Positions 28,107-36,989 of a stretch of DNA of 64,000 nucleotides are shown here, piece by piece (within the stretch, counting starts at the first letter, position 1; every line of letters begins with the position of its first letter). Origin of the DNA: a virus; IMG/VR virus record IMGVR_UViG_3300045973_000675, positions 1-64,000 of that record. The stretch is one strand, 5' to 3'. A model generated the notes under the pieces. The model made no database searches. It worked only from the letters and a program-made list of their open reading frames with translations, and was not told the origin of the DNA. Position numbers and translations under genes: made by a program.

Positions 28107-28457
28107 TTAGGCGCGGGCCTTCTCCGCCCAGTGCCGCTCGGCCTCGTCCACCACCGCCACCAGCTCGGCGAAGAACAGGTCGCCCAGCTTCTTGGACAGC
28201 GCTGTCTTGCCGGCGTCGGCGACGGTTGCGGGCACGTGGATCGCCGAATGCCCGGCCGCCAGCCACCGCTCGTCCAGGGCCTCAAAGATGGTCTCCCACT
28301 CGGCCTCGGTCAGCTCGGGCTTCTCGCGCCGGCAGATCTCAGCGTAGCGCTCGACACACGCCCGGATGACCTCGGAGCGCGTGCCTGGCCCGACCTCGCG
28401 CGCGGCAAGGATCGCCTGGGTGTCGGGGTCGAGGTAGATGCTGGTCTTCTTTGGCAT
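28107..28457 (-). CDS. ribbon-helix-helix DNA-binding protein
   Basis: KKTSIYLD...TRSEVIRACVERY. Confidence 0.65.
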   Translation of the reverse strand: MPKKTSIYLDPDTQAILAAREVGPGTRSEVIRACVERYAEICRREKPELTEAEWETIFEALDERWLAAGHSAIHVPATVADAGKTALSKKLGDLFFAELVAVVDEAERHWAEKARA

Positions 28458-28470
28458 GCTCTTCTTCCTT

Positions 28471-29832
28471 TCAACCAATGACCGTGATCCCGACCTCGCC
28501 GCGCACCTTCACCTTCTCAAGCATCAATTCGGTGAGGGCGATCGTGTTGGCATCGATTCGATCTGGGCTGTCTCCCTGGGTTGGATCCCACTGCGTCTGC
28601 TGGTCCTCGAGCCGCGACAGCACCCCCACGTGGTGGCACTTCCCCTGCTCGTACAGGTTTGAGATCGGCTCGTGGCGCATCTGCTTGCCGCGGCTGGCGT
28701 GCACGCCCTTGTAGGAAATGTTCTCGCCGCCCTCGGTGGCGCGGACGTTCCGCTCGACCATGTCGCCTCCCTGGTTCACCTCGGCCACCACCAGGTCGGC
28801 CATGTATTCGTCGTATGTGTCGACGACTATGCGGCCCCACTTCTCGGGCTTGTAGATGCCGCTGCGGTCCTCGAACACGAACCCGTGGATCTCGCGCGCG
28901 CCACGGCACTTGCACCAGGCGGTGCCGGCACCGATGATGCCCGTCTCGTCGCTCTTCTTCTTGGCCGTGATGGCCGGGTCGACCGCCACCACGACCCGAA
29001 TGAAGTCCTGCGGCATTGCCGAAACCCGCAGGTCGTCGATCTTCTTTTGCAGCCACAGGGCGTTGGGGTTGTCGGTGAGGATCTCGGCGAAGATCTCCTG
29101 TCGTCCGAGCCTGGTGCCGTCGTATCGCCGCTTGAGCTTGGCCAGGTACTTGGTCGGCAGATTGCCGGCGTTTTCGTAGGTGCTGCCCCAGTGGGTGATG
29201 CTTTCGGGGTCGGACTCCAGGTCGCGGAGAAACTTCAACGGCCGCGGCGAGCTGGTCACCAGACAGCGCGCATCGCGCATGCGCAAGCCGAACTGTAGGT
29301 TGTCCCAAGAGTCGTCGAGGTAGCGCCAGTGCGCGAGCTCATCGCACCAGGCGGTGTCGTATTGGGGACCGCGGAGTGAGCGGGGCTCGTCGGCGGAGAA
29401 GGTCGTGGCAGTGGCGCCGTTGGGCCAGGTGATGCGCCTCTTCGAGGGCTCGTACGTCGGCCGGAACCACGGCGGCGAGATGGCGAGGATCCCGCTCGGG
29501 CCCTCGACCATGACGTCGCGCACGTCGGCGGCCGTGGGCGCCACCAGGGCGATGTTGCGAGCGCCCTGCTCTTCCACCCGCATGCGGACCCACTCCGCTC
29601 CGGTGAGGGTCTTGCCCCAGCCGCGGCCGCACCGGCAAATCCAGGTCGACCAGTCGCCGTCGGGCGGCAGTTGTTTGGTGCGCGCCCTGAATTTCCAGTC
29701 GTAGGCGGCGCGGAGCTTGTAGTCTTCGTCCTCGACTTCGTCCCACCACGCGTAGAACTTCTCGGGCCCGCCCATCGACATGATGGCCAGGTCGAGGTTG
29801 GAATAGTCGATACCGGATACCAGTTCCGGCAC
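28471..29832 (-). CDS. terL: terminase large subunit
   Basis: GRGWGKT Walker A, LRGPQYDTAWCDE Walker B, VVAVDPA, SPDRIDA nuclease motifs; start taken as GTG 29832 just after the terS stop. Confidence 0.95.
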   Translation of the reverse strand: MPELVSGIDYSNLDLAIMSMGGPEKFYAWWDEVEDEDYKLRAAYDWKFRARTKQLPPDGDWSTWICRCGRGWGKTLTGAEWVRMRVEEQGARNIALVAPTAADVRDVMVEGPSGILAISPPWFRPTYEPSKRRITWPNGATATTFSADEPRSLRGPQYDTAWCDELAHWRYLDDSWDNLQFGLRMRDARCLVTSSPRPLKFLRDLESDPESITHWGSTYENAGNLPTKYLAKLKRRYDGTRLGRQEIFAEILTDNPNALWLQKKIDDLRVSAMPQDFIRVVVAVDPAITAKKKSDETGIIGAGTAWCKCRGAREIHGFVFEDRSGIYKPEKWGRIVVDTYDEYMADLVVAEVNQGGDMVERNVRATEGGENISYKGVHASRGKQMRHEPISNLYEQGKCHHVGVLSRLEDQQTQWDPTQGDSPDRIDANTIALTELMLEKVKVRGEVGITVIG

Positions 29833-29834
29833 GG

Positions 29835-30275
29835 CTACTTTCGGTGAGGCGTGGCCTCGTCCTCTTCTTCCTCTTCCTCTGCGGCCTTGGCGTTGGCTCG
29901 CTTGACGTCCTCGCGCGCCTTCGTGGCGAGGTCCGACAGGAACGAGGTCAGGGGATTTTCGCCGGTGTCGACCTTGCCGCTGACGTGCACCTTGTCCGGA
30001 ACCTTGCCGTAAACCCGGTAGTACCAGACCTCGATCGCCTTCATGCAGTCCTTGCGCCGGCGGTCGATTGCAATCATGTAGTGCGTGCGCATCACAGTAT
30101 CGTTGCGACACGGCAGCGCGGCGCCGTTCTTGTCGACGCCCGGACTCTCCAGCGCGAACTCCTGCCAGTCCTTGCGGGTGGGCTCGTCGGGCTTCTTCTT
30201 CGGGCGGCCGTTGATGTTGCCGCTCTGGCCCTTCTTGAAGGACTTGAGATTTGCGAGACTGCGGGCGGATGCCAT
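29835..30275 (-). CDS. terS: terminase small subunit (DUF5681-like N-terminus)
   Basis: NLKSFKKGQSGNINGRPK, RVYGK; directly upstream of terL. Confidence 0.8.
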   Translation of the reverse strand: MASARSLANLKSFKKGQSGNINGRPKKKPDEPTRKDWQEFALESPGVDKNGAALPCRNDTVMRTHYMIAIDRRRKDCMKAIEVWYYRVYGKVPDKVHVSGKVDTGENPLTSFLSDLATKAREDVKRANAKAAEEEEEEDEATPHRK

Positions 30276-30297
30276 GCCTCTAGCTTCGATCCGCTAC

Positions 30298-30329
30298 ACG
30301 CCGGGCACGAAATCCGTCCCGGCGTTTTG
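30298..30329 (+). terminator. GC stem-loop between the ParB-like gene and terS
   Basis: ACGCCGGG...CCCGGCGT followed by TTTG on the + strand. Confidence 0.45.
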
Positions 30330-30342
30330 TACCAGCGATGTG

Positions 30343-30804
30343 CTACCCGCCTTGGTCAAAGCCAGGCCCGCTCATGATCTCGAACATGCTGACCTCGTGA
30401 AGCTGGGCCACGGCATCTTCCGTGAACTCGCCTTGGATCTCGGGATTGTTGGCGACCAGGTTGCCGAGCCGCTGCTTGGTGGCATCCCAGTCGACGAACC
30501 GCACAGGGAAGCGATCGCCGGTCTTCGGGTGCACGATGTAGCCAGTCTCGCCCTCGCGCACGACCTCGGTGGCGCCCGCCTCCTTGAGTTGTTTGATGCG
30601 CTGGTGGCCCGACACCAGTTCGCTGGTGCGAATATTGAATGTGATGTCGAGAGGGCCGAAAGTCTCCATGCTGACGCCGAGGCCGACCGCCGCCGTGCCC
30701 TTCATCTTCCGCGGGTTCCTCGGGTCTGGCGCCAGTGCCGCGATGGGTAGAACGTCCCTCACTGGTTCGTCACTGTTTTTGATTCCGGCCTTGGTCTTGC
30801 TCAT
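30343..30804 (-). CDS. stand-alone ParB/Srx N-terminal domain protein
   Basis: LAPDPRNPRKM...SMETFG...LVSGHQRI...NLVANN..IQGEF. Confidence 0.85.
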   Translation of the reverse strand: MSKTKAGIKNSDEPVRDVLPIAALAPDPRNPRKMKGTAAVGLGVSMETFGPLDITFNIRTSELVSGHQRIKQLKEAGATEVVREGETGYIVHPKTGDRFPVRFVDWDATKQRLGNLVANNPEIQGEFTEDAVAQLHEVSMFEIMSGPGFDQGG

Positions 30805-31595
30805 GGATTCGATTCCGCTCTCCGGTTCCGGATGTTCACCTCTTGCAGCGCCTGCGCTTCAAGCTGCCGCGCCCGCTCCAGTGTCAACCCCAGCTTCGCC
30901 CCCACAACTTCGAGCGGCAGCACCTTCGGGTCTCGCCCTACCCGCCCAGCCTCGCGTTCGGCCACATCCTGCGCGCACGTGTCGGCGAGCTCCGCCATGT
31001 TCTCGGGCCGCACCTTCGGGTGATTGAGCTTGATCGAGCCGCAGTCCTTGACCTCCAGGTACAGGTGTCGACGGCACCTGGCCCACACGCACGGCCGGCA
31101 GCGGTTCCTCGCCCGCATGGGGATCTCGTCGGCGTTGTAGATAGCGGTCCGGTTGCCCGTCCCCAGGTCCAGCCGGCACCACGACCACTCCCCGCCCTTG
31201 CCTTGCCTGTACCCGACGATGCCTCGGCACTCTGGGCAGGAAATGCGCGACGTCTCGCCCTCGCTCCCCTGAACGGTCGTCACCTGCATGGCCACCTTGG
31301 AGCGGCACCACGGGCATTCGCGGTCGCCCGCACAGTCGCCGCGCATCTTGGGGTAGCCGGCGTCCCACCCACGGGGTAGCGCCACCCACGATGAGCGCTC
31401 GGCCCGCGTGGCCTTGCCCGGGTGCAGAGAGCGGCGAACCTTGCCGGCGCCGGGCGACGCCGCGTCTTCCTGTTCCTCTTGGTCGAGGTCGATATCGATC
31501 CACCAGTACAGGGTGGGGCGCTCCGCTGACCCGAGCGGCTTGAGCTTTCGGCGACGGTGGTTGTGGCGCTCGGGCGGCGAGGAGTGCCGACACAT
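30801..31595 (-). CDS. Cys-rich sigma70-region-4-only transcription factor (candidate late activator)
   Basis: RPCVWARCRRHLYLEV..GSIKLNHP...TCAQDVA...LEVVGAKLGLTLERARQLEAQAL, with an inserted CxxC..CxxC; SD GAGGAGG. Confidence 0.75.
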   Translation of the reverse strand: MCRHSSPPERHNHRRRKLKPLGSAERPTLYWWIDIDLDQEEQEDAASPGAGKVRRSLHPGKATRAERSSWVALPRGWDAGYPKMRGDCAGDRECPWCRSKVAMQVTTVQGSEGETSRISCPECRGIVGYRQGKGGEWSWCRLDLGTGNRTAIYNADEIPMRARNRCRPCVWARCRRHLYLEVKDCGSIKLNHPKVRPENMAELADTCAQDVAEREAGRVGRDPKVLPLEVVGAKLGLTLERARQLEAQALQEVNIRNRRAESNP

Positions 31596-31663
31596 GACCG
31601 CCTCCTCCTCCACCCCATTCGTGAATTGGGATAAGCAGCGCTGCTGGTAGCTGATCTCGGAGA

Positions 31664-31924
31664 TCACGCCACCCCTTCGGCGGCCGAGGCCTCGCGCTTG
31701 GCCAGCTCTTCCCTGATGAGCGCAAGGCTTCCCCTCCCCACCGGCATGCCGGCCAGGGCCGCGCACAGGGTATTGCCCGAGACACCGAATGCACCGAGTG
31801 CCCGTCGGCTCGTCTGGCCCGCTAGGGCTGTCCTGATGCGCGCCTGTAGCTCCGCTGGCGCAGGGATGGCCGCTCTCGTGTTGCCTTCCGGTCGTCTGCA
31901 TGTTTGTTCAACTTTCAGATGCAC
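31664..31924 (-). CDS. small HTH-like protein
   Basis: RRALGAFGVSGNTLCAALAG; starts 7 nt after a promoter -10. Confidence 0.5.
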   Translation of the reverse strand: MHLKVEQTCRRPEGNTRAAIPAPAELQARIRTALAGQTSRRALGAFGVSGNTLCAALAGMPVGRGSLALIREELAKREASAAEGVA

Positions 31925-31931
31925 GCACTTC

Positions 31932-31960
31932 AGGGTTGAACGGACTGGCTAGGTTCTCAA
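31932..31960 (-). promoter_or_regulatory. related promoter upstream of HTH/sigma4/ParB/terminase genes
   Basis: TTGAGA-N17-AACCCT-N7-GTG. Confidence 0.5.
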
Positions 31961-32148
31961 CTTCGGGCGCGGCGCTACCGGCTCCTCGCTTTCGAGAACG
32001 CTTGCGATTAGCTGCCGTTGCGGCGGTACGACTTCCAGAACCGCCTACGCTGGTCCACCGACCACCTCCCCATTCGTGATCGTCACGGGATCGAAAAGCC
32101 AACGGTTCATCAGGTCCCGCATGGACCGGGCAGAGAGGCGCTTGAGGT

Positions 32149-32346
32149 TCAGGGTTTTGCGCATACCTCCCTGGCCTCGCCTTCGTCCCCGCTCTCCGAT
32201 CCGTTGTACATCGGGCTGTCTTCGCACTGCTCGTTTGTGCACCCTTCGTTCCCAAGAATTGGATCTCCGCACGTTGAACACGTGGTGCCCTCCGCCACGT
32301 ATCCGCGTTGCTTGGCGAGAATCCGTATCCGGTTCTTGTCGATCAC
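32149..32346 (-). CDS. small Cys-rich hypothetical protein
   Basis: GTGA overlap with the upstream gene; CSTC..C..C. Confidence 0.5.
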   Translation of the reverse strand: MIDKNRIRILAKQRGYVAEGTTCSTCGDPILGNEGCTNEQCEDSPMYNGSESGDEGEAREVCAKP

Positions 32347-33353
32347 TGATTCACTGCTCCTCTCGGGAATTCCTGCACTCGCAGATCGGCGGGCCATTCC
32401 GATGGGTCAGCGCCAGCGCGGTCGCGGATGGGTATCAGCATGCCGTTCGAATCGACGAAGTTGGCGCCCATCTGTTTCACGAAGCACGCCACGCCAGCCG
32501 CCTTGCACTGGTCACGAATGGAGCGGGCCCACTCGACCTGGAAGGGCCTCGCACGCGGTCCCGATTCACCTCCCACAATCACCCACTGGATTCCCCGGTC
32601 GCGCGCCATCCAATACTTCCAGTCGTCCCATTCCTTGGGGTTGGCCGTTGGGTGGGTGGGCGCCGTCTCCGGCCAAGCCGAGACTTCCGGGTGGGTCAGC
32701 GTGATCGCTTCCAGCATTGGCTCGACGCTCAAGAACCTGCACGCGGCCGGCGTCTGCAATAGCTCTGGGATATCCCGCTCAGCCTCCTTCTGCGTGCAGA
32801 CGGTTGAGCCCTCGCGCACGTTGGGGAGGGGCCAGACGCAGTGACAGTCGTTCCAGTGGCTACGCCCGTTGCGCCCAATCCTCACGATCTCGTCTCGCGT
32901 TGCCTCCTCAGCGTGTATCCGCAACTTTCCGAACGGATGACCACCGCGATTCACCCACTCGAACCACTCCCGTCGCCGCTTCGCCCGCTTGGTGAGCACG
33001 TGGAAGGTGTGCTGCGGGCACGCCGCCATCACGCCGTACATGGCCGCGATCTGTTCATTGGTGACCGACTCGTGGTACAGGTCGGCCATGTCGCAGACAA
33101 AGATGCCGGCCGGCTTACGGTGGCGCAGGGACTCGGCCAGCTTCTCGGGGAAGAACCGCACGACGTTGTTCCACTTCCCATCGTGGGCGAGGCCGGCGTA
33201 CTGGGGAAGGTGGGCCAGGCGCGTACCGGCCAGTCGGGCGGCGTAGCAGTGCAGGCACCCTGGCGAGACGGCCTTGCAGCCGACCAGGGGGTTCCACGTG
33301 AAGCCCTGGCTGCCGTCTGGGTTGCGGACCCAGGCGATGCTGGTGCGGTTCAT
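32343..33353 (-). CDS. Gp37Gp68 / DUF5131 family protein
   Basis: TWNPLVGCKAVSPGCLHCYA, IFVCDMADL, LTKR, FLSVEPML, WVIVGGESG, FVKQMG. Confidence 0.92.
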   Translation of the reverse strand: MNRTSIAWVRNPDGSQGFTWNPLVGCKAVSPGCLHCYAARLAGTRLAHLPQYAGLAHDGKWNNVVRFFPEKLAESLRHRKPAGIFVCDMADLYHESVTNEQIAAMYGVMAACPQHTFHVLTKRAKRRREWFEWVNRGGHPFGKLRIHAEEATRDEIVRIGRNGRSHWNDCHCVWPLPNVREGSTVCTQKEAERDIPELLQTPAACRFLSVEPMLEAITLTHPEVSAWPETAPTHPTANPKEWDDWKYWMARDRGIQWVIVGGESGPRARPFQVEWARSIRDQCKAAGVACFVKQMGANFVDSNGMLIPIRDRAGADPSEWPADLRVQEFPRGAVNQ

Positions 33354-33459
33354 GATTCATCCTTTTGCAGCGGAGGAAGCAGGTGGCTACCGTCGCTGGC
33401 ATTTTTGATTGCCTGGTAGATGGTGAGCCCAGCCGGGTTCACGATGTGGGCAAGGAAAG

Positions 33460-33468
33460 TGGTATACT
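33460..33468 (+). promoter_or_regulatory. extended -10 promoter TGnTATACT for the LAGLIDADG gene
   Basis: TGG-TATACT-7 nt-ATG(33476). Confidence 0.55.
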
Positions 33469-33475
33469 TCTTGTT

Positions 33476-34009
33476 ATGCCGTACAAAGACCCGATCATGC
33501 GTAAGCGCTGCGCCCAGAGGTGCATGCGCACGTACCGAGCTACGCTCACGGCCGCCAAGGTTGAGAAGATCGAGAACGGAATCAAGAAGCGAAAGCGCTG
33601 GCCCGTGCGCGATCTTGCGTGGGCTGCGGGAATGTTTGAGGGTGAGGGGACGGCGGCGATTTGTGGCAGCCGCTACTCCCGTAGCGTCGTTAGCCTGTGC
33701 AACACGGACTTCGAAATCGTTGCCTTCTTTCAGAAACGATGGCCTGGACTGGTGAGAGAGGTTGTACCAAAGAATTCCCGCCACAAGCCCCACCGAACAT
33801 GGCGGCTCCAGGGAAACCAGGTGTTCGGCTTTCTTCTCGATGTCATGCCGTTCTTGCGAACCACCGCAGAAAAGGAGAAGGCAAGGTTGCTCATGGCCAG
33901 CCAGCGAGCGCGTTGGGCCGGATATCGACTTCCCGGGCACCTTGCGAAGATGGCCGCTTTCAAGGTCAAGATGCATCGGCTGAACCTCCGGGGACGGCAG
34001 TCAGCATAA
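33476..34009 (+). CDS. free-standing LAGLIDADG homing endonuclease
   Basis: DLAWAAGMFEGEG, VSLCNTD, FLLDVMPFLR..EKEKA; antisense to its neighbours. Confidence 0.85.
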   Translation: MPYKDPIMRKRCAQRCMRTYRATLTAAKVEKIENGIKKRKRWPVRDLAWAAGMFEGEGTAAICGSRYSRSVVSLCNTDFEIVAFFQKRWPGLVREVVPKNSRHKPHRTWRLQGNQVFGFLLDVMPFLRTTAEKEKARLLMASQRARWAGYRLPGHLAKMAAFKVKMHRLNLRGRQSA

Positions 34010-34463
34010 GCATCCCGGCGCCAGTTTCGTAGGCGCGAGCAATGGCTGGGATGATCAGTTCTCCAACCGTCTTGCCGTCCGGCAAGACAATGTTCGCTGC
34101 AAACTCTTCCTCGAACGAGGCGATCCCGCTCTCCACCACTTCGAGCTTCGCTTTGACGGCCAGGACTAGACAGCGCCAGCGGCGCATCGACTCGCGCTCT
34201 ACCCAGGCCTGGCGTCGGCCGACGTCCTTGATCTCGTAGTAGTCGCGCTTCCCCATGGCGCCCTTCTTGGCCTCGTCGAGCGTCGGTAATGGCAGCGTGA
34301 AGCGCACGCGCCGGCCGTGGGCTGCAAATACGATGTCGGCCGATCCCTCCCGCTGCATGTACGCCAACTCGGCGCCCTGGCCGGCGTACTTCAGAATGAT
34401 TTTCTCGACCTCGATCCGCGAGTTGATGACGCTCACCGTCGTTCCATCGGCGTACTTGGACAT
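33966..34463 (-). CDS. conserved phage hypothetical protein
   Basis: YADGTTVSV..SR.E...RRWRCLVLAVKAKLEVVESGIASFEEEFAANIVLPDGKTV. Confidence 0.8.
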   Translation of the reverse strand: MSKYADGTTVSVINSRIEVEKIILKYAGQGAELAYMQREGSADIVFAAHGRRVRFTLPLPTLDEAKKGAMGKRDYYEIKDVGRRQAWVERESMRRWRCLVLAVKAKLEVVESGIASFEEEFAANIVLPDGKTVGELIIPAIARAYETGAGMLMLTAVPGGSADAS

Positions 34464-35125
34464 CAGCGCTCCATCGCAATTCGCGGCGCAACGGCCGCAA
34501 GAATCAGTTCAACCAACCGCCGCACCCGCCCGCACTTCGTCCTCAGCCGCACGCCGCCCAGTGCCGCCTCGACCACGCGCACCTTGCGGCTGTAGCCGTT
34601 GGGCTTGCTCGCGCCGTTGTAGCGCCAGGCCCAGTCCTTGCCGAACCGAGCGCGCTTGTCGGCCATGATCTGCGCTGCCACGTGAATGTTGGTAACCGGG
34701 TCGGCGAGGGTTACCAAAGTGTGCCCGCGAGCCGGCCCGTTCTGGCACCGACCCGCGAGCATTCCGTCCGTTTGGGTTTGTGTAGAGGTAAGGATTTCCG
34801 CTGACCGAGATCCGGTATCTCGCGCGGTGAATCCTGGACGGACTACACACCTGACACCAAGCAGGCCGACGTCGAACACGCCTGGCTTCGCCTCGACCGC
34901 CACGCCGACCCGCAGGTCACTTTCTAGCACCGCCATGGCGAGCGTCGTCCGCGGCCGCGCGGTCTGTTCAATGGCCCGGGCTACGTCCCGACAGGTCGAG
35001 GCCTCCCAGGCCGGCGCGCGGTGCCGGATGGCGCGCTGGACGTTGCACACCAGGTCGGGCGACACGGCAACGCCAGCGTGGTGCCCGGGGGCGAACAGGG
35101 TGACGAGGAGGAGGGCGGGAGTCAT
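34463..35125 (-). CDS. lytic transglycosylase (SLT)-like protein with hydrophobic N-terminus
   Basis: AMAVLES, DVGLLGV, DPVTNIHVAA, RYNG motifs. Confidence 0.7.
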   Translation of the reverse strand: MTPALLLVTLFAPGHHAGVAVSPDLVCNVQRAIRHRAPAWEASTCRDVARAIEQTARPRTTLAMAVLESDLRVGVAVEAKPGVFDVGLLGVRCVVRPGFTARDTGSRSAEILTSTQTQTDGMLAGRCQNGPARGHTLVTLADPVTNIHVAAQIMADKRARFGKDWAWRYNGASKPNGYSRKVRVVEAALGGVRLRTKCGRVRRLVELILAAVAPRIAMER

Positions 35126-35523
35126 GCTGCACCCACAGGGCGGTCCGCCGTCGCGAGATGGTCCAGTAGCCGCATCACGCTTCCAACTCGCACCACGCTG
35201 GGCAGTCGGTGGAAGATGTGCTCGACCGGACCGCAGATGATGATCCCTTTGCCAAGCGCGGCAGCGGCGCCGAATTCCACGTGTCTCCCGCCACGCTCCG
35301 CACCTGGCGTCCCGGGATGATCGGTGAAGGCCACGAACACGTCAGACTCGCCGATCTCACGTAGATCTAGTCCTGCCAGGTGGGGGGAATCCGGCGACTC
35401 GATCGCGTCCTCTTCCTGTTCGAGCCAACTCGACATCACGGTGTAGCCCATCCGGCGGAGCGTGCGGGCAATCTCTCGGAGTTCGTCACGTCGGCCAAAG
35501 CGCGCGGCGAGGTAGATCTTCAC
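35122..35523 (-). CDS. nucleoside 2-deoxyribosyltransferase-like protein
   Basis: KIYLAA, DLREIGESD, GGRHVEFGAA. Confidence 0.8.
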   Translation of the reverse strand: MKIYLAARFGRRDELREIARTLRRMGYTVMSSWLEQEEDAIESPDSPHLAGLDLREIGESDVFVAFTDHPGTPGAERGGRHVEFGAAAALGKGIIICGPVEHIFHRLPSVVRVGSVMRLLDHLATADRPVGAA

Positions 35524-36080
35524 TCCCGCACCTCGCCCGTCCCTTCGAGCGTCGCGCTCTTGCCCTCGAACTCCATCGTCATGCTCGTGCCCTTGGGGAT
35601 CGCTCCAGCCATCTTCTTGACCGCAGCCACGAGCGGCGCCAGGTTGAGTTCTTGCTGGGTACGCTTCACGTCACAGTCGATGTATTCCTTGAGCGAAAGT
35701 CCGAAGAACACCAGTAGGCTCGCCTCGCAGGGTGCCTCGAACTCGAACGTGATCTCCTCGTGCTCCTGGTCTTCATTCCCCACGACAGCGGCCTTGACCA
35801 CGAGCCCGTCGATCTCGGCAGTTGCGCTTCCGCGGGATCCCGAGAATTCCGCCTTCGCGTGGTAGGCGTTGATCGGGATCTCACCCTTGTTGAGCACGCG
35901 ACCTTGCAGGTTTTCGAGAAGCTCGATCCCGACCTGGCCGAGGAATTCCGCTTCCTCGTGGCCGAAGGTTTTTGAGAGCGAGAACTGCACCCGACGAATG
36001 ACGGTGTCGGGGTGGTCGGGGTTCTTGCGCGCGGTCAGCTTGGCCGACTTGAGGGTTGCTGAGAAAACAATGTCGTTCAC
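35520..36080 (-). CDS. hypothetical protein
   Basis: GTG start with SD AAGGA; coupled overlaps. Confidence 0.6.
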   Translation of the reverse strand: MNDIVFSATLKSAKLTARKNPDHPDTVIRRVQFSLSKTFGHEEAEFLGQVGIELLENLQGRVLNKGEIPINAYHAKAEFSGSRGSATAEIDGLVVKAAVVGNEDQEHEEITFEFEAPCEASLLVFFGLSLKEYIDCDVKRTQQELNLAPLVAAVKKMAGAIPKGTSMTMEFEGKSATLEGTGEVRE

Positions 36081-36313
36081 GGGGTGGTCCTTTCGCCGCA
36101 CTTTGCGGCATTCGAGAATTGCGTCCGGGTCGCGTCGATGCGGTCGAGCTTGTCCGAGGTCCAGGTCCGGTTTCTCTCGAACCACGGAAACATCCGCATG
36201 TGGTTCTTGAGCTTGAATCCGGCGGGGCCGGCGTGTTCGATCTCGGTCTTCTCGTCCGGCGCATCCACGAGCCGGACGCTGTCGTCGAACTTCTTGAGGG
36301 GTGTGTCGGCCAT
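36077..36313 (-). CDS. hypothetical protein
   Basis: Fills the operon gap with coupled ends. Confidence 0.5.
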   Translation of the reverse strand: MADTPLKKFDDSVRLVDAPDEKTEIEHAGPAGFKLKNHMRMFPWFERNRTWTSDKLDRIDATRTQFSNAAKCGERTTP

Positions 36314-36315
36314 GG

Positions 36316-36981
36316 CTACTTCTTGGCGACGAGGCCGTGGCGGTGCTTGTCGGTCTCGCTGATTTCGAAGCGGTAGACGTGGTGGCCGTGGCCGGTGGAA
36401 TCGGGTGTCGTAGTCCCGTTGCCAATGCGGTCGACGCGGAACATGTGGCTGTGCTTCTTGGTCACCGTGCAGCCGAGGATCACGACCTTGCCGCGGATTC
36501 CGCCCTGCTGGCGCGTGACCTCGGCCATGAGCGCATCCTTCGAGTCGCCCTTCTCGCCGGCATCCTGGGTCTCGGCCGGGACTTCGGGTCCATCTGTCTC
36601 GGCGTCGGACTCTTCAGCATCGTCGTCGCGGGGCGAAGTCATCTCGCTTGGCTTACCCTTGTCGACGATCTTGCCCTGCCGGCGGAGCACACTCAGATCG
36701 TTGTCGATGAGCGCACGTCTAGTGCCCAATTCATCCGCGATTTCATTGATCGACTTCCCGGATCCGAGAAGCTCGACGATCCTATCTCGGCGAGTCCCAA
36801 CTGAAGCGCAGCCAGGCCGTCCTCCACGCGGAGTGGTCATCACGATGCCGAGTTCGTCGGCTATGTTCTTCGCGAATGCGTCGCGGTCAGCCGTGGCCTC
36901 CGCCAGGGCGGCCTCGCAGGTGCGGACGCGAGCGTGTTTCGTTTCGAGTGCTGCTTTCAAATCTGCAATCAGGTCGGGCAT
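36316..36981 (-). CDS. HTH protein with His-rich (HxH) C-terminal domain
   Basis: GKSINEIADELGTRRALIDNDLSVL; HSH..GHGH..HRH; SD AGGAGG. Confidence 0.7.
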   Translation of the reverse strand: MPDLIADLKAALETKHARVRTCEAALAEATADRDAFAKNIADELGIVMTTPRGGRPGCASVGTRRDRIVELLGSGKSINEIADELGTRRALIDNDLSVLRRQGKIVDKGKPSEMTSPRDDDAEESDAETDGPEVPAETQDAGEKGDSKDALMAEVTRQQGGIRGKVVILGCTVTKKHSHMFRVDRIGNGTTTPDSTGHGHHVYRFEISETDKHRHGLVAKK

Positions 36982-36989
36982 GGGTCCTC

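Noticed and set aside
29833-30111. N-terminal extension of TerL / TerS-TerL frameshift fusion
   Set aside because: The extension is low-complexity Arg/Gly shadow sequence, no slippery site was recognised, and a GTG lies just after the terS stop.
30276-30312. Additional late-promoter copy before terS (GAAGCT-N6-ATG)
   Set aside because: The -10 spacing fits but the TTTTGAGTAG element is absent, so it was not counted.
33354-34009. Group I intron or intein hosting the LAGLIDADG
   Set aside because: The flanking genes look complete, the ORF is antisense, and no splice-junction motifs were recognised.
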